From: the human T2T-CHM13v2.0 reference genome, Homo sapiens
NCBI RefSeq assembly: GCF_009914755.1
Contig: NC_060941.1
DNA: 64,000 nucleotides
Strand: one strand, 5' to 3'
The position numbers were made by a program, and so were the translations under genes. The notes below the pieces were generated by a model. The model was not told where the DNA came from. It did not search any database and was given only the letters and a program-made list of their open reading frames with translations. Positions 1 to 13,394 of the stretch are shown piece after piece; within the stretch, counting starts at the first letter, position 1, and each line of letters starts with the position of its first letter.

Positions 1-183
1 TCCTAATCATATTTTCATTATTTAATTTACTTTCTACTTAAAAAAAAAATCCTTCATTGGAAATGTTCTACTTTTAATAAGCCATTAATTATGAGATTTT
101 TCTGTGGTCCCCAAAGAGTTCACTCTTTGTCCTAATATACTTATTGGTATGTTAATAGTAACTCTCACTTGATTTATTCTCAG

Positions 184-309
184 GCTTATCTCCACACTGT
201 AATGGTAGTGATTGTGGATATTCATCTAGCATGGAAGGGAGTGAAACAGGTTCTCGGGAGGGTTCGGATGTTGCCTGCACTGAAGGCATTTGTAATCATG
301 ATGAACACG
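184..309 (+). CDS. GGNBP2: GGNBP2 internal coding exon (4th from last)
   Basis: ttctcag acceptor, G|gtaggc donor; encodes (G)LSPHCNGSDCGYSSSMEGSETGSREGSDVACTEGICNHDEH(G), recognised as GGNBP2; phase matches next exon across an 84-nt intron. Confidence 0.93.
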
Positions 310-393
310 GTAGGCTCACATTAAGTTTCCCAGTTATTTCTACTACATGGCTGACTTAAGAACATAAATAAGAAGGATTATTGATTTCTGCAG

Positions 394-542
394 GTGATGA
401 CTCTTGTGTTCATCACTGTGAAGACAAAGAGGATGATGGTGATAGTTGTGTTGAATGTTGGGCAAATTCTGAAGAGAACGACACAAAAGGAAAAAATAAA
501 AAGAAGAAGAAGAAAAGCAAGATACTGAAATGTGATGAACAT
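394..542 (+). CDS. GGNBP2: GGNBP2 coding exon with poly-Lys (NLS-like) stretch
   Basis: ttctgcag acceptor, CAT|gtaagt donor; DDSCVHHCEDKEDDGDSCVECWANSEENDTKGKNKKKKKKSKILKCDEH. Confidence 0.95.
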
Positions 543-973
543 GTAAGTGTCATAACTTGTAATTCTTAAACCTTTGCTGTTGAGGACAGAACACGTGTTT
601 TCCTTGGAGTGGCATATGTGCAGCTTAGCTGCTAGGATTTACTTTTTTTAGAATGAGTTCTTTATGCAGTTCCATTGGGTGCTCATCGTGTGAGAGTGTG
701 GGTTGGGGGCAGAGAGAGATGTGATCATTTGTGCAACAGTCCTTGTGAGTCAGAAATTCAATTGTTCTTTTTATACTTTTAAAATTATAAGCTGTGTAAT
801 CTTAAACAATTTGTTTAGTCCCTATCATATTAGGTTCTATGAAGGTGAAGTGAATGTATATTGGCAGGTGTGGCATAGTGTCTAGTACATAGTAAGTGCC
901 TGGTAAAATAAAATGAATGCCAGCTGCTACTATTACTTAGTATTCCTTCTAAAGGTTTAATACTATGTCAGGA

Positions 974-1261
974 TTTTTTTGAGATGGAGTCTCACTCTGT
1001 CGCCTATACTAGAGTACAGTGGCATAATCTTGGCTCACTGCAACCTCTGCCTCCCAGGTTCAAACAATTCTCCTGCCTCAGCTTCCTGAGTAGCTGGGAT
1101 TACAGGCGCATGCCACCATGGCTGGCTAATTTTTGCATTTTTAGTAGAGATGGCATTTGACCATGTTGGCCAGGCTGGTCTTGAACACTTGACCTCAGGT
1201 GATCCACCTGCCTCGGCCTCCCAAAATGTTGAGATTGTAGGCATGAGCCACCGTGCCCCGC
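974..1261 (-). mobile_element. Alu SINE
   Basis: poly-T then antisense Alu consensus (gagatggagtctcactctgtcgcc...gagccaccgtgccc). Confidence 0.95.
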
Positions 1262-1340
1262 TTTTTTTTTTTTTTTTTTAAAGAATAATTGCTATTATAT
1301 CATGCCTTTTTACCTGTGAAATCCTTTGCTGTGGTATCAG

Positions 1341-1589
1341 ATCCAGAAGCTTGGAAGCTGTATTACAGATCCAGGTAATCGAGAGACCTCAGGAAATACC
1401 ATGCACACAGTGTTTCACCGTGACAAGACCAAAGATACACATCCTGAAAGCTGTTGCAGCTCTGAAAAGGGTGGGCAGCCATTGCCTTGGTTTGAGCATA
1501 GGAAAAATGTACCACAGTTTGCAGAACCTACAGAAACGTTGTTTGGTCCCGATTCCGGAAAAGGTGCCAAGAGCTTAGTTGAACTCCTT
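1341..1589 (+). CDS. GGNBP2: GGNBP2 penultimate exon
   Basis: tatcag acceptor, CTT|gtaagt donor; 249 nt, phase 0-0; IQKLGSCITDPG...GAKSLVELL. Confidence 0.95.
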
Positions 1590-1818
1590 GTAAGTATTCC
1601 ATGTGGTCTTACTGTACATAACTGTTTGGGAACGGGGTGGATGTGGGAGGGGATAGTATTTGAGGGCTTAAGGTAGGTAGTTGAAGGAAGCTTATGAGAA
1701 ATTAAGGGTAGTATTTCATTATTGTTTGGGGACTTCATTTCTGTCCTTCCACTCGTGGTTTATGCAACTACTCTGGAACACGTTTCCATGGCCGCCTCTG
1801 TCTCAGTAGAAGACATTA

Positions 1819-2279
1819 TAGGTATTCCTTGAGTTACAGTGGGGTTACATTCCAATAAACCCATTATAACTCAAAAATACTGCGAGTTGAAAATACATTC
1901 AACATCCCAATAAACCCTTTGTAAAGTTAAAAAAAAAAAATCCCAAATAAGGCTGGGTGCAGTGGCTCATGCTTGTAATCCCAGCACTTTGGGAGACCGA
2001 GGTGGGTGGATCATGAGGTCAAGAGATCAAGACCATCCTGGCCAATATGATGAAACCCCGTCTCTACTAAAAATACAAAAATTAGCTGGGCATGGTGGCG
2101 TGTGCCAGTAGTCCCAGCTACCCGGGAGGCTAAGGCAGGAGAATCACTTGAAGCCAGGAGGCGGAGGTTTCAGTGAGCTGAGATCGTGCCACTGCAGTCC
2201 AGCCTGGCGACAGAGTGAGACTTTGTCTCAAAAAAAACCTGAGTAGAACCATTGACCATTGTTAAGTCAGGACCATCTG
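1819..2279. mobile_element. Tigger5/MER47-type DNA transposon relic interrupted by an Alu
   Basis: ends resemble CAGATGCTCCTCGACTTACGATGGGGTTAC and ...GTAAGTCGGGGACCATCTG; TA dinucleotides on both flanks. Confidence 0.7.
1951..2237 (+). mobile_element. Alu SINE
   Basis: full dimeric Alu with A tail. Confidence 0.95.
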
Positions 2280-2563
2280 TAGTTAGGAGAAAGGATAGAG
2301 GTAGCATTGTATTCAGTAGTCTGCCTCCTTGAAGTAGGTTACTGTAAGCAAACTTTGCCTTTCTGATTGGCAAGTTATGGTAGCCACCCTTCCATACCAG
2401 AAAGAATATACAATTTGAACTAGAGGTTGCTTTCTTCTTTTAGGTGTCATGTAGGGTAAGACTCCAGTCCTGAGACTTTTTACCTGATCCCCAACTGACC
2501 CAGTGCGTAGTATAGGTGGCCCTTGGAGGAGGGGAGGAAGAAGAGTGGTGTCCTTTTCATTAG

Positions 2564-2897
<334 letters not shown>

Positions 2898-2941
2898 CTA
2901 GTTTTTTTCTTTTTTATGGTTGTAAAGTTTAGTTTTAATAT

Positions 2942-3118
<177 letters not shown>

Positions 3119-3551
3119 TAAAAGTTTTAATGGTTGTAAAAGTTTACTTCTTAAGTAGAAAATGGTTATCTTTTACTTAGTTTGTAGAGATGACTGTTTC
3201 AAGATAGGACTAACTGGAGATACGTCTGGCTACTTAAAATATGGTAACTAGTTGTAACATCTTTAATTAGTTATTTTTTCAAGGCCAAGGTATGGTGGTA
3301 GTTTGCTAGGCTCATAGGCTTCTAGGAGAAATTATAGATTCAAGGTTTCAACTCAAGGAGTTGGATTTTATTCTCACTACTTTCTTAGGCAGAATGACAT
3401 GATGCTTATTCTGCAAACACTCCAATTAAAGGCTTTATGTGACTGATGTGAAACTAAAAAGTTAGACTGGTTTAATTTTTAGCTGTCCTCCTCCATTACA
3501 TAACATTTTGCATTCTTAAGTCATAGTCTTAACTACTGCTTTAATTTGCAG

Positions 3552-3755
3552 GATGAGTCTGAATGTACTTCAGATGAGGAAATCTTTATCTCACAAGATG
3601 AAATACAGTCATTTATGGCTAATAACCAGTCTTTCTACAGCAATAGAGAACAATACCGACAGCATCTGAAGGAGAAATTTAATAAATACTGCCGGTTAAA
3701 TGATCACAAGAGGCCCATTTGTAGTGGCTGGTTGACAACGGCTGGAGCAAATTAA
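3552..3755 (+). CDS. GGNBP2: GGNBP2 last coding exon
   Basis: tttgcag acceptor; DESECTSDEEIFISQ...WLTTAGAN then TAA 3753-3755. Confidence 0.95.
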   Translation, partial: DESECTSDEEIFISQDEIQSFMANNQSFYSNREQYRQHLKEKFNKYCRLNDHKRPICSGWLTTAGAN

Positions 3756-4159
3756 ATAAATAAAATAGCTCTGTCTTTCAATGAAACACTCACGATGACT
3801 ACTGCGCCTTCTCTTTCGAAAAACTCTTAATTTAGTGACTTATGGCAAAATTTTATCTTAAATCAATGTGATTCTTTCTTGTTTTGGGAGACGGTGGAGG
3901 TATCCTCATTAGTTCTTTCTTCAGGCTTGTGTCTTTAGTTGCGTGGCTGCGCAGGCCTGCCATATGATTTAAGCCATCTCTTTTCATTAAATGTTTCTCT
4001 TCCTGTGAGACTTACTAAAGCAACTTAGTGGCAAAAAGTAATGTTGTACTTATAATTCTGTACAGAAATGACAATGAGCTGAATATATGGTTTTACAAAG
4101 TAGACATCCACTTGCAAAATGTTTGGATGTAATGTTAAAGCGCAATGTGCAAAATTTAA

Positions 4160-4165
4160 AATAAA
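4160..4165 (+). terminator. GGNBP2: GGNBP2 polyadenylation signal AATAAA (3' end ~4185-4190)
   Basis: AATAAA in AT-rich 3'UTR, upstream TGTA elements (4045, 4059, 4128), downstream T/GT-rich sequence. Confidence 0.75.
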
Positions 4166-5949
4166 GAATATTTATTAATACGCACAGTAAAATTTGCTGT
4201 ACATGTTTCTACTTAATATGTGGCAGTACTTTAGTATTTGCCACTTGTGGACTTGATGCTTGGCCAGTGTTGATGTTAGAAAGGATGAAGGACAGAGATA
4301 CAGATTGTTGAAGACAAAAATCTTCCTTTGATGAGAATTGACAACTGAGAAAAGCAGTTTTCCAGTCTTTTTCTTTTGAGGAGATACTTTAAATACTTGC
4401 TACCATCTTACTTTCCCATGAGACTTTAATTGCTATTATTAAAGGTTCCCTAATACATAATACAAAGTACTTCTTAAATTCAGAGGTTCATATTGACCTA
4501 GAAGAATAAAAACAAAACTTGGCAGAATTTCAACCAAGGGTTGCCCGATAAGTAATTGCTCAACATGTAAGACTGGGCTCAGAAGGCTGCACTGAGAGCT
4601 AACCACATTGTGGGCTGTTTAAATGCATGTGAGGTTCAGCCTTATCTGGTATCCAGTAACAAAGTCACTGTGGTCTTACAGTTTACTCCTGTCACAGCTG
4701 TGAGTACTAAAGGAGAGAGTTCCCCCCAGGAGTAGCATTTTGCTGCCATTTAAAAGATCCAGTCAAATAGCTCCGTAGACACATGATGCTTAGAGATTTG
4801 TGTCTACATGTTTATAATACTTGGTGGCAGCATAAAATCATGGGACAATCAGTACTTCTGTGCAATGGAGGTGGAGTGAATTTTATGTGCTTTTAATCAG
4901 ATTTTGAGTTAGATTTCAAGTGGGCAGCAGCAGAAACTTAGATTGAATTTTCATAGTGCCATTTCTTGGATCCACCTCCTGAGTTGTCTTTCAAATCTAA
5001 ATGTTGTATAGGAATGGGGCAGAGGTAAAAGGACTCCTCTTGGACCCTTTTTGATTTCATCCCAGAATCTAAAAAATGACTGTGGGTCTCCCACAGCCCT
5101 TGGCTCAGAGGTGAATCCCCTCTTCACCACTGTTAAGAGTCAAATGTTCTTTTGAGATCCCTAAAAGGAAAGGCTGATTTAGTTTAGTTTTAATCTTTGC
5201 CATTGGGGCCAAACACAGGATAGGCAAATGAGTGTTTTTGAATGAATAAACCAGCCACATTCACCGCTTACTCCATTGCTTGCTGGAAGGGAGTCAGGTG
5301 GTTATTCAAAGATGCTTTTTCTTTAAGAGAATGGCTATATTAAGTACGCAGTTTTCAGCACTTTTAGTAAAGCGAGCTCTACTCTGAACAAAACCAGCAA
5401 CCCGAGAAGCGATAATGATGTGAAGACAGTTGAGGAGCACATCCCTGGCGTAAGACTGGACTGCCTGTGGTCCAAACCATGCTTCACCACGTCAGTATAC
5501 TCATCTTTAAAATTAAGATACTAATATGTGCCATCTCAGCGCGGTTGTGTAGATTAGTTACTATATTTAAAATGCCTGCTACACCATAAGCAGCAAATGT
5601 TAGATACTGTTTTAATCTTTGGCATATATCATGATACATTTGCTACAGTGGGGTAGGGGTAAGCGTGGGGGTCTAGGGCAGTTAGACACAGTGGGCCATT
5701 TAGGGACAGAATACCCCAGTACACGTGTACTTAGGAGTATTTCAGTTCTCCGTGGCTAGTAAAGCCAAGGGATCAGGTAGGGTGAATGAGTCCTTCCCAA
5801 GGTCACCTAGCATTGATGGCGGAGACACTCGGCGTTTTCTGGGCCGAATCCCTTCCCATCAGCCACCGGCGGGTTTGGGAGGGTGTGGAAGAGTGTTGGA
5901 GTCACCTTAAGTGCCCTTAATTCCTCATCCTGGCATTAGGGTTCAGGAG

Positions 5950-6830
5950 TAGAGAAGGGAGACTAAGCGGGACGCTTCAGTATGCGCCCTTGGGGCTGAA
6001 GGAACCTCCCCGCTAAACCTCGGTTTCCCTGACCCCAAAGGGCAGCGCTCACTGGGGAAGCGGCGCCGCCAGCTGCCAGGACGCTCCCGCGCAGCCCGGT
6101 TTCCCTACGCCGGGGCGGGGCAGAGGGGCGGAAGGGGCGGGGCGGCCGGGCCGCGGCGGCCTCCGACTGGATACGGCGGATCGCCGGGGGCCTGAGGGTG
6201 GAGTCCCGGCCGGAGGCAGGCCGGGACTCTGGTGGGTCTAGGCGCGGATCGGACCCAAGCAGGTCGGCGGCGGCGGCAGGAGAGCGGCCGGGCGTCAGCT
6301 CCTCGACCCCCGTGTCGGGCTAGTCCAGCGAGGCGGACGGGCGGCGTGGGCCCATGGCCAGGCCCGGCATGGAGCGGTGGCGCGACCGGCTGGCGCTGGT
6401 GACGGGGGCCTCGGGGGGCATCGGCGCGGCCGTGGCCCGGGCCCTGGTCCAGCAGGGACTGAAGGTGGTGGGCTGCGCCCGCACTGTGGGCAACATCGAG
6501 GTGAGGCCGGGCCGAGGGCGGGGACGTCGCGGGCGGGTCGTTTCCCCGGAGTCGGGTTCACCTGCCCGCCACGCCGGGGCCCTTTGCTCTAGTCGGGGCG
6601 GCCTCTCGGATCCCTTAAGGCAGGCTTCTCCCTTCCCCTTAAGTCTCATCTTTGAAGGAGCCGTTTGCCCTGACAGCCCCTGCTCGAGTTACCGAATCTC
6701 CGACCCCGGCATCTCCCCACCCGCCCCTCGGGTCTCCCCAGGGTATTGGCCCGAGGAAGGGGAAGCCGGAGGTCGGGGGTGGTGGTCTCGCCCCTGTGGC
6801 CTTCTCGCCCCCGGCGGCCAAGTGCCTCTA
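5950..6830 (+). promoter_or_regulatory. DHRS11: CpG island / DHRS11 promoter with stacked GC boxes
   Basis: high GC and CpG density around exon 1; GGGGCGGGG at 6112-6120 and 6134-6142. Confidence 0.88.
6354..6500 (+). CDS. DHRS11: DHRS11 exon 1 (SDR cofactor motif TGASGGIG)
   Basis: ATG 6354; MARPGMERWRDRLALVTGASGGIGAAVA...GNIE; GAG|gtgagg donor. Confidence 0.96.
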
Positions 6831-8767
6831 ATCTCCAGAAGTCACCCACCACGCAGGGCAAGGTGGCTGGCCAACCAGATGGGCAGGAGCCAGGACTGAG
6901 GTTGGGGTTGGGGTGGGAGCTTTACTGAAGAGCCTCAGCCCCGCCCCCTCACCTCGGGGGTAACTCATGCCCAGTGGCATGAGGAATGAATGGAATATTC
7001 ATTAGTGGGCCCTCCTCCACTCTCCTGGGGCGAACAGAGTGGGTGAAATCGGGCGGAAACCTTGAGAGGATAAAGCAACCTGGAACTCCTTACTCTGCTC
7101 TTGACGTGGGGTTGGGAGCCCTCAGAGCTCAGAGAAAAATCAAGATGGCCATTTTGGAGCAGGGAGGAATTTCTGTGCTAGGCTCTCTCTGGATGTGCCC
7201 TGTAAGCTCATTCTCAGTGTCGGGCTAGTGCTTAGCTGCAGGGCTTTATCTCCACCGTGCTCAAAGTCCTCAGGCAGGGAAAGGGTAAGGAGGCCTTGGG
7301 TGGGGGCAGAGGGAGAAGGTATACAGGAAGGAGGACTGTCCCCTCCCCTGCTGCTGACCAAAGGTATGCTTTATAACCCAGATAATCCCAAGGTCACCTG
7401 GCTCCATCACTGCCCCACTCTTTCCTCCCTTTATCCTATTCTGAGGAGCTCAGGACCCAGCCCCAGCCTTGGAGCCCAGAGGATCAGGCCAGGGATTAAA
7501 CAACTGGATTCTGTAATTCTGAAGCCACTCTTGCCTTCTCACCTACTCCCCTACCGCAAGCTAGCCAGGAAGGGGGGGCCTGAGCCCCAAGGGGATCCCC
7601 AGGCTGATCACTCAGTCCCAGGGTGACTCCATGTCTGAGAGGAGAATGCCCCTGTTGTGAGGGGGTGACATGATGTTGTAGATCATTACTGAGGGGAGGT
7701 AGGGAGATCAGGTGGCACAGGTGGGGCAACAGGAAGGCAGTGACAGGGAGAAATACATTCTGAGCTCATCCCTTCTGGTTTTCTTGTGGCAGGAATTTTG
7801 AGTCTAGAGGAGGAAGCGGGAAGATGTACACCAGGGGAGGGGAAAGCTGCAGTCTTCCTTGCCCACAGTCTGCTTTGATTGATTCAGTCATTGATGTTAA
7901 AGCAGAATTTGGGTTCTAGCTTCCTACAGAGAAAACTCCTGTTTCCTGAAGTGATCAAATGTGGGTAAAATCTGGTGAAGGGGGGTTTCTGATTCTCAGA
8001 GGACTATACCTTTTGAACTCACAGAAAGTCAAAGCAGAAAAGAATGTCCCAAGACACCCGATCCTGTCCTTTATTCCTGGCTCAGCTTGGGAGGAGGAAG
8101 GGGCTCCAGGCCAGGGCAGCTGGCCAAGCTGGCCTTCCTCTAGGGCACCGCACGCCCCTTCCCCCTCGCCCACGTCTACACAGTCACCATCACAAGGCTC
8201 AAGTGCCCAGTCACTGGCTTCCAAAGAAGGCCACAGAACGTATTTTCTTCTTGCCTCTGAATGTCAGCTTCCCCCTGGGCTGCCTCTCAGTGGCTCTGCC
8301 TTCTCAGGTCTTTCTTGGCATGCTGAGGGCCTGGAGATGCACAGGGGGTGTTCAATGGCACCTGCCACCTGAATTGCCTCATAGTCTCCTGAGAAACCTC
8401 AGAGGGGAGGGTGGTGCACCAGGGCTCAGAGAGAAAGAATCTGTCCTGACTTTCTGACCCCTCCTTTAGGTAGGGAGAGAAGATTGGCAGCTGGGCTTGG
8501 TTGAAAGGCATGTCTGAGAACTCTGAGCCAGTTGGCTGCAGTTTGCGAGGGGAGGGGAATAGTTCAGAGATGAGGGACTGGCTGACACAATGCAGAAGAA
8601 GCTGGGTTAACCAGCCCAGTGACTCTCGGGACTGGTGTAGAAGCATGAAGTGGTGGAGAGGCGCATATTACCTATGGGCAGAAGAGGTGTTCCTGTTGAG
8701 GAAGAGGCAGAAAAGAGAGAGCACTCCATTCTCTAGGTCCCTGGCCCCTGTTCCACCCAGGACTTGA

Positions 8768-9058
8768 GTTTATTTATTTATTTATTTATTTATTTGAGAC
8801 ACAGTCTTGCTCTGTCACCCAGGCTGGAGTGCAGTGGCGTGATCTCAGCTCCTGCAACCTCCGCCTCCTGGGTTCAAGTGATTCTTGTGCCTCAGCCTCC
8901 CAAGTAGCCACCACACCCAGCTAATTTTTGTATTTTCAGTAGAGATAGGGTTCCACCAAGTTAGCCAAGGCTGGTCTCAAACTCCTGACCTCAACTGGTC
9001 CACCCGCCTTGGCCTTCCAAAGTGTTGGGATTACAGGCATGAGCCACCACGCCCAGCC
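8768..9058 (-). mobile_element. Alu with (TTTA)n tail and clear TSD
   Basis: antisense Alu flanked by AGGACTTGAGTTTAT on both sides. Confidence 0.95.
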
Positions 9059-9314
9059 AGGACTTGAGTTTATAGTGAGGTTTCTCCATTGATAACAGCC
9101 TTTTCCCTTCATCACTCGGGGAGCACTGTCATCCCTTAGACTTTGACCAAAGAGGACAGACTTAGGGGATGGGCAGTCCAACATCTTCGTGGCTGAAAGT
9201 CAGCTGCCAAAGGAGCATGTTTTATGAGTGTGACGGGGGTCGGGGTCTGAGGCTGGCTAGGGAGCCGTGGGAGTGAGCTGCTCACCCCAGTCAGACCCCT
9301 GTTGGGTTTCATAG

Positions 9315-9524
9315 GAGCTGGCTGCTGAATGTAAGAGTGCAGGCTACCCCGGGACTTTGATCCCCTACAGATGTGACCTATCAAATGAAGAGGACATCCT
9401 CTCCATGTTCTCAGCTATCCGTTCTCAGCACAGCGGTGTAGACATCTGCATCAACAATGCTGGCTTGGCCCGGCCTGACACCCTGCTCTCAGGCAGCACC
9501 AGTGGTTGGAAGGACATGTTCAAT
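9315..9524 (+). CDS. DHRS11: DHRS11 exon 2 (NNAG motif)
   Basis: ttcatag acceptor; ELAAECK...CINNAGLARP...KDMFN; AAT|gtaaga; 210 nt. Confidence 0.96.
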
Positions 9525-9749
9525 GTAAGAGCTCCAAGCCTCCATCTTCCAGGTGGAGGGTGGGGAGGAGAGAGGGGAGCCAGGGGTTTGTGAACCAGAG
9601 TGCTGCTGGGGACGGGACATCTAGGAAGAGGGAGCTTCGGGTTCCCACCTGGGGCATCTTGACTCTCTCTTGGCTTCTTGCCCTACCAGAGGGATAGAGA
9701 GTGGATGAATGGCCATATCAGCTCTTCTCTTCTTTGAGCCCCTGGAGGT

Positions 9750-10079
<330 letters not shown>

Positions 10080-10496
10080 TAAAGTCTAGAGTGATTTCCT
10101 TGTGTTAGAAGAAAGATTGTTAGGGGAGAGAACTGCTGCCTGTTGAATGTTTCCCACTTGTCAGTCCTGTGCCTGGGTGCTTGGGAACGTGATGTTATGG
10201 GAAGAAAAGGAAGAGAGAGACAAGTGATGATATTCTTACCTAGCCTCACTAGTAACTATGTGACTTTAGGCAGGTTGGTTACCTTCCTTGAGCTTCAGTC
10301 TTGTCACAATTAATTGGGATGAACACACCTCTATCATCAATATCTGGGGTCACAGCTCCAATGTCCCCTGGGGCCAGGTAGGTACATAAAGGAGTGAGGG
10401 AGGTTAGGAGGGGTCTGTGGTGTGTGAGGAAGCACACAGCCACTGCTCAAATCCTGCATAGTTGCTCTATGGTGGTGTGGGCCCAGTGTGGCCTGA

Positions 10497-10803
<307 letters not shown>

Positions 10804-12506
10804 GATCTTATGATTTCTTTGAGAGAAGTGGGGAGTCTGATTTTATGTGACACCCCCCCACTCCCATTCACTAAAATGACAGCTCCATGAGGGCAAGTAT
10901 TTTATCTGTTTTATTCTCTGGTATGGCTTGATCCCATAAGCACTGAAAAGATAGTTATTGAATAAATGAAACTTTCCAGTACATGTTGGAAGGGTTTTTA
11001 AAATGTTTTGAAACTGTGCACAGGCCAAACCCAACTTTCAGGACATGGGTTTTCAACTTCTGGATGGTATGATGGGGTGATAGTAGGGTATAAAAGTATC
11101 CTGAGAAGTTGAAAGCAGTGTGTGAATGGGGTGTTCTTTTCTCCCCACAATCCTTTCCCATCTGCTGACAGTAGACTTAGCACCTCACAGATGCTTGGGC
11201 CTGGAAATGAAGCCATGAAAATGAAGCCCTCAGCCTTCTTGGAGATCAGAGCCATGGTCCTCACCCACAGCACATGGGTCTCTAAACCTGGACCTCAACT
11301 CGCCCATCTGTAAAATGAGGGACTTACATTAAATTCCTACAGCTCCTTTCAGCTTGAACATTATCTGAGTCTATTAGGATCATCCTATGAGGCATCTTCT
11401 CTTTCCCTGCCCCTGATACCCTAGACCTGGGAGATTTACTCACCTGGTCCCAGGGGATCTATTTCTCCCACTCTACCTGCCAGGGGCTGAGTTCTCTGCC
11501 TCACAAGCCCACATTGCCAAGAAGATGAGAAACACGGCTGGAAACCTCCCTGTCCTGGCACCCATCTCTTCCTACTGCCATGAACACCAAGACAGGTTCA
11601 CACCAAAGGTGTTCTGTTCCTCATGGCAGGCTCTGCCACCTGATTAAGAGAAACATCTAATCTCCTGCTGGTTCCCTCTCTTCTTAAGAGGAGAGGCCTG
11701 AGGACCTGCTGAAAGCTTTATCTCTGCTTGTCCTCCGGGTGAGGCTAATGAGTGGGGCCAACGGGTGGGGCAGTGTAGGCGCTTTACAGCAGACACGCCT
11801 TCAGACCTCTGTTCCCTGAAGGGTGGGGATGTGGGGGTCACCTCTGCCAGAGGGAGTAGGAGTGGCAAGTTACCTGACCCTCTAGAGTCTCCGTGCCTAG
11901 TCTTGTAGATGGAACCCACGTTAAAGGAAGGCATAGAAAGGAGGGTCAGGCCTTCTCTTCTCCACTCATCTCAAGGGAGGGGATGGGGAAGGAGCAGAGA
12001 GTAGCTGAGGAAGGTAGGGAGAGGCTAGGCTGTGTGCCGGAGGAGAGAGATTTGTAAGCCATTTTGGTAAGGATTTTGAGCAGTTTAGGAGGGAGCAGGG
12101 CCAGAGACTGTCACAGAGAAGAGAAGAGTAGGGTATTTGGGGGAAGAAATGGAAATGATTCCCTATGGAATTAGAGGGTCTGTGCTACTGTTCATAGAGG
12201 AGATGGCCAAGACAGAGTCTCCTGGGTCAGGAGTGGGTTTGAAGGGTTTCCATTCTTGTTTGCAGGAACTTGGGGGGTCAGCCAGGTGAGGAGCTACCTC
12301 TGTTATCAACTGGGGGTTGCGGCTTTAGGGAGAGGGGCATCTCGTGTAGAAGACAAGATGCTCTGTGCCTGTGGCTGGTCTCCGGGGGGACCTGGACACT
12401 GTTTTGGAATGCCACACTGCCCCCTTCCCCCCTAGCATTCTGTGGCTCCATCACTTGCTCAGTTGGGCCGGAGTGGAGACACCTCATTGCCCTCCCTGGC
12501 CTGCAG

Positions 12507-12601
12507 GTGAACGTGCTGGCCCTCAGCATCTGCACACGGGAAGCCTACCAGTCCATGAAGGAGCGGAATGTGGACGATGGGCACATCATTAACATCAATA
12601 G
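12507..12601 (+). CDS. DHRS11: DHRS11 exon 3
   Basis: cctgcag acceptor; VNVLALSICTREAY...GHIININ; AG|gtgagg. Confidence 0.95.
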
Positions 12602-13264
12602 GTGAGGGCAGGTGGCCAATGGGTACCACTCACCCACCAGGCTGGGTAATGTGCTGCAGCTCACCTGACCTCTTTGGACCTCAGTTTCCTTGGTGGGAAA
12701 ATACAGATTTAATACCTGAATGGCACAATTATGGTGAGGGAAAGAATAATGTTGTCAAGTACCAGCCCCTGGTTGGCTGGAATGGGCAGCTTAGCCCCTT
12801 CCCTCTACAGCTGAAGCCTGGGGCCTCTCCTGGGACTAAGTGCCTCGATTCCTCAGGCCTGGGGATGAACCCCACCTCATGGCACAAAGAGTACTATGTA
12901 CAGTGTCTGCCACTGGGGAGCCCCAGTCTGAGGGGGGACATGGCCTCTGCCTGCCTTGAGATGTCCCAATAGAACCGTATCAGTGAACATACAGATTAGA
13001 TGGAGAGAATTCTGACATTCTGCACCACCAGGAGAGTGCATTCTGTCGTCAGCTTAGGGATGAGTTCCAGGAAAAGGAGGGTTTTCCAAAGCTGTTTGAA
13101 TAACCAAAATTAGATTAGTGAGCTGTAGGATGGCCAGTAGAGGTCCCCTTTAGAAGTCTTCCCGATGGGCATCTGGGTGGTGGGGCTGACCGGGTACGGC
13201 AGGAGCACCACTGGTCTCCCTGGAACTTCATTCTCTCCTCTTTCCCCTTCCTCTCCCCACCCAG

Positions 13265-13394
13265 CATGTCTGGCCACCGAGTGTTACCCCTGTCTGTGAC
13301 CCACTTCTATAGTGCCACCAAGTATGCCGTCACTGCGCTGACAGAGGGACTGAGGCAAGAGCTTCGGGAGGCCCAGACCCACATCCGAGCCACG
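13265..13394 (+). CDS. DHRS11: DHRS11 exon 4 (catalytic YSATK)
   Basis: long pyrimidine tract + ccag; (S)MSGHRV...FYSATKYAV...HIRAT; ACG|gtgagg. Confidence 0.96.

Noticed and set aside
4775-4807. Hairpin GTAGACACA...TGTGTCTAC (and a similar 8-bp stem at ~58640-58665)
   Set aside because: Stems of 8-9 bp are expected by chance; too short for a pre-miRNA and no snoRNA box arrangement
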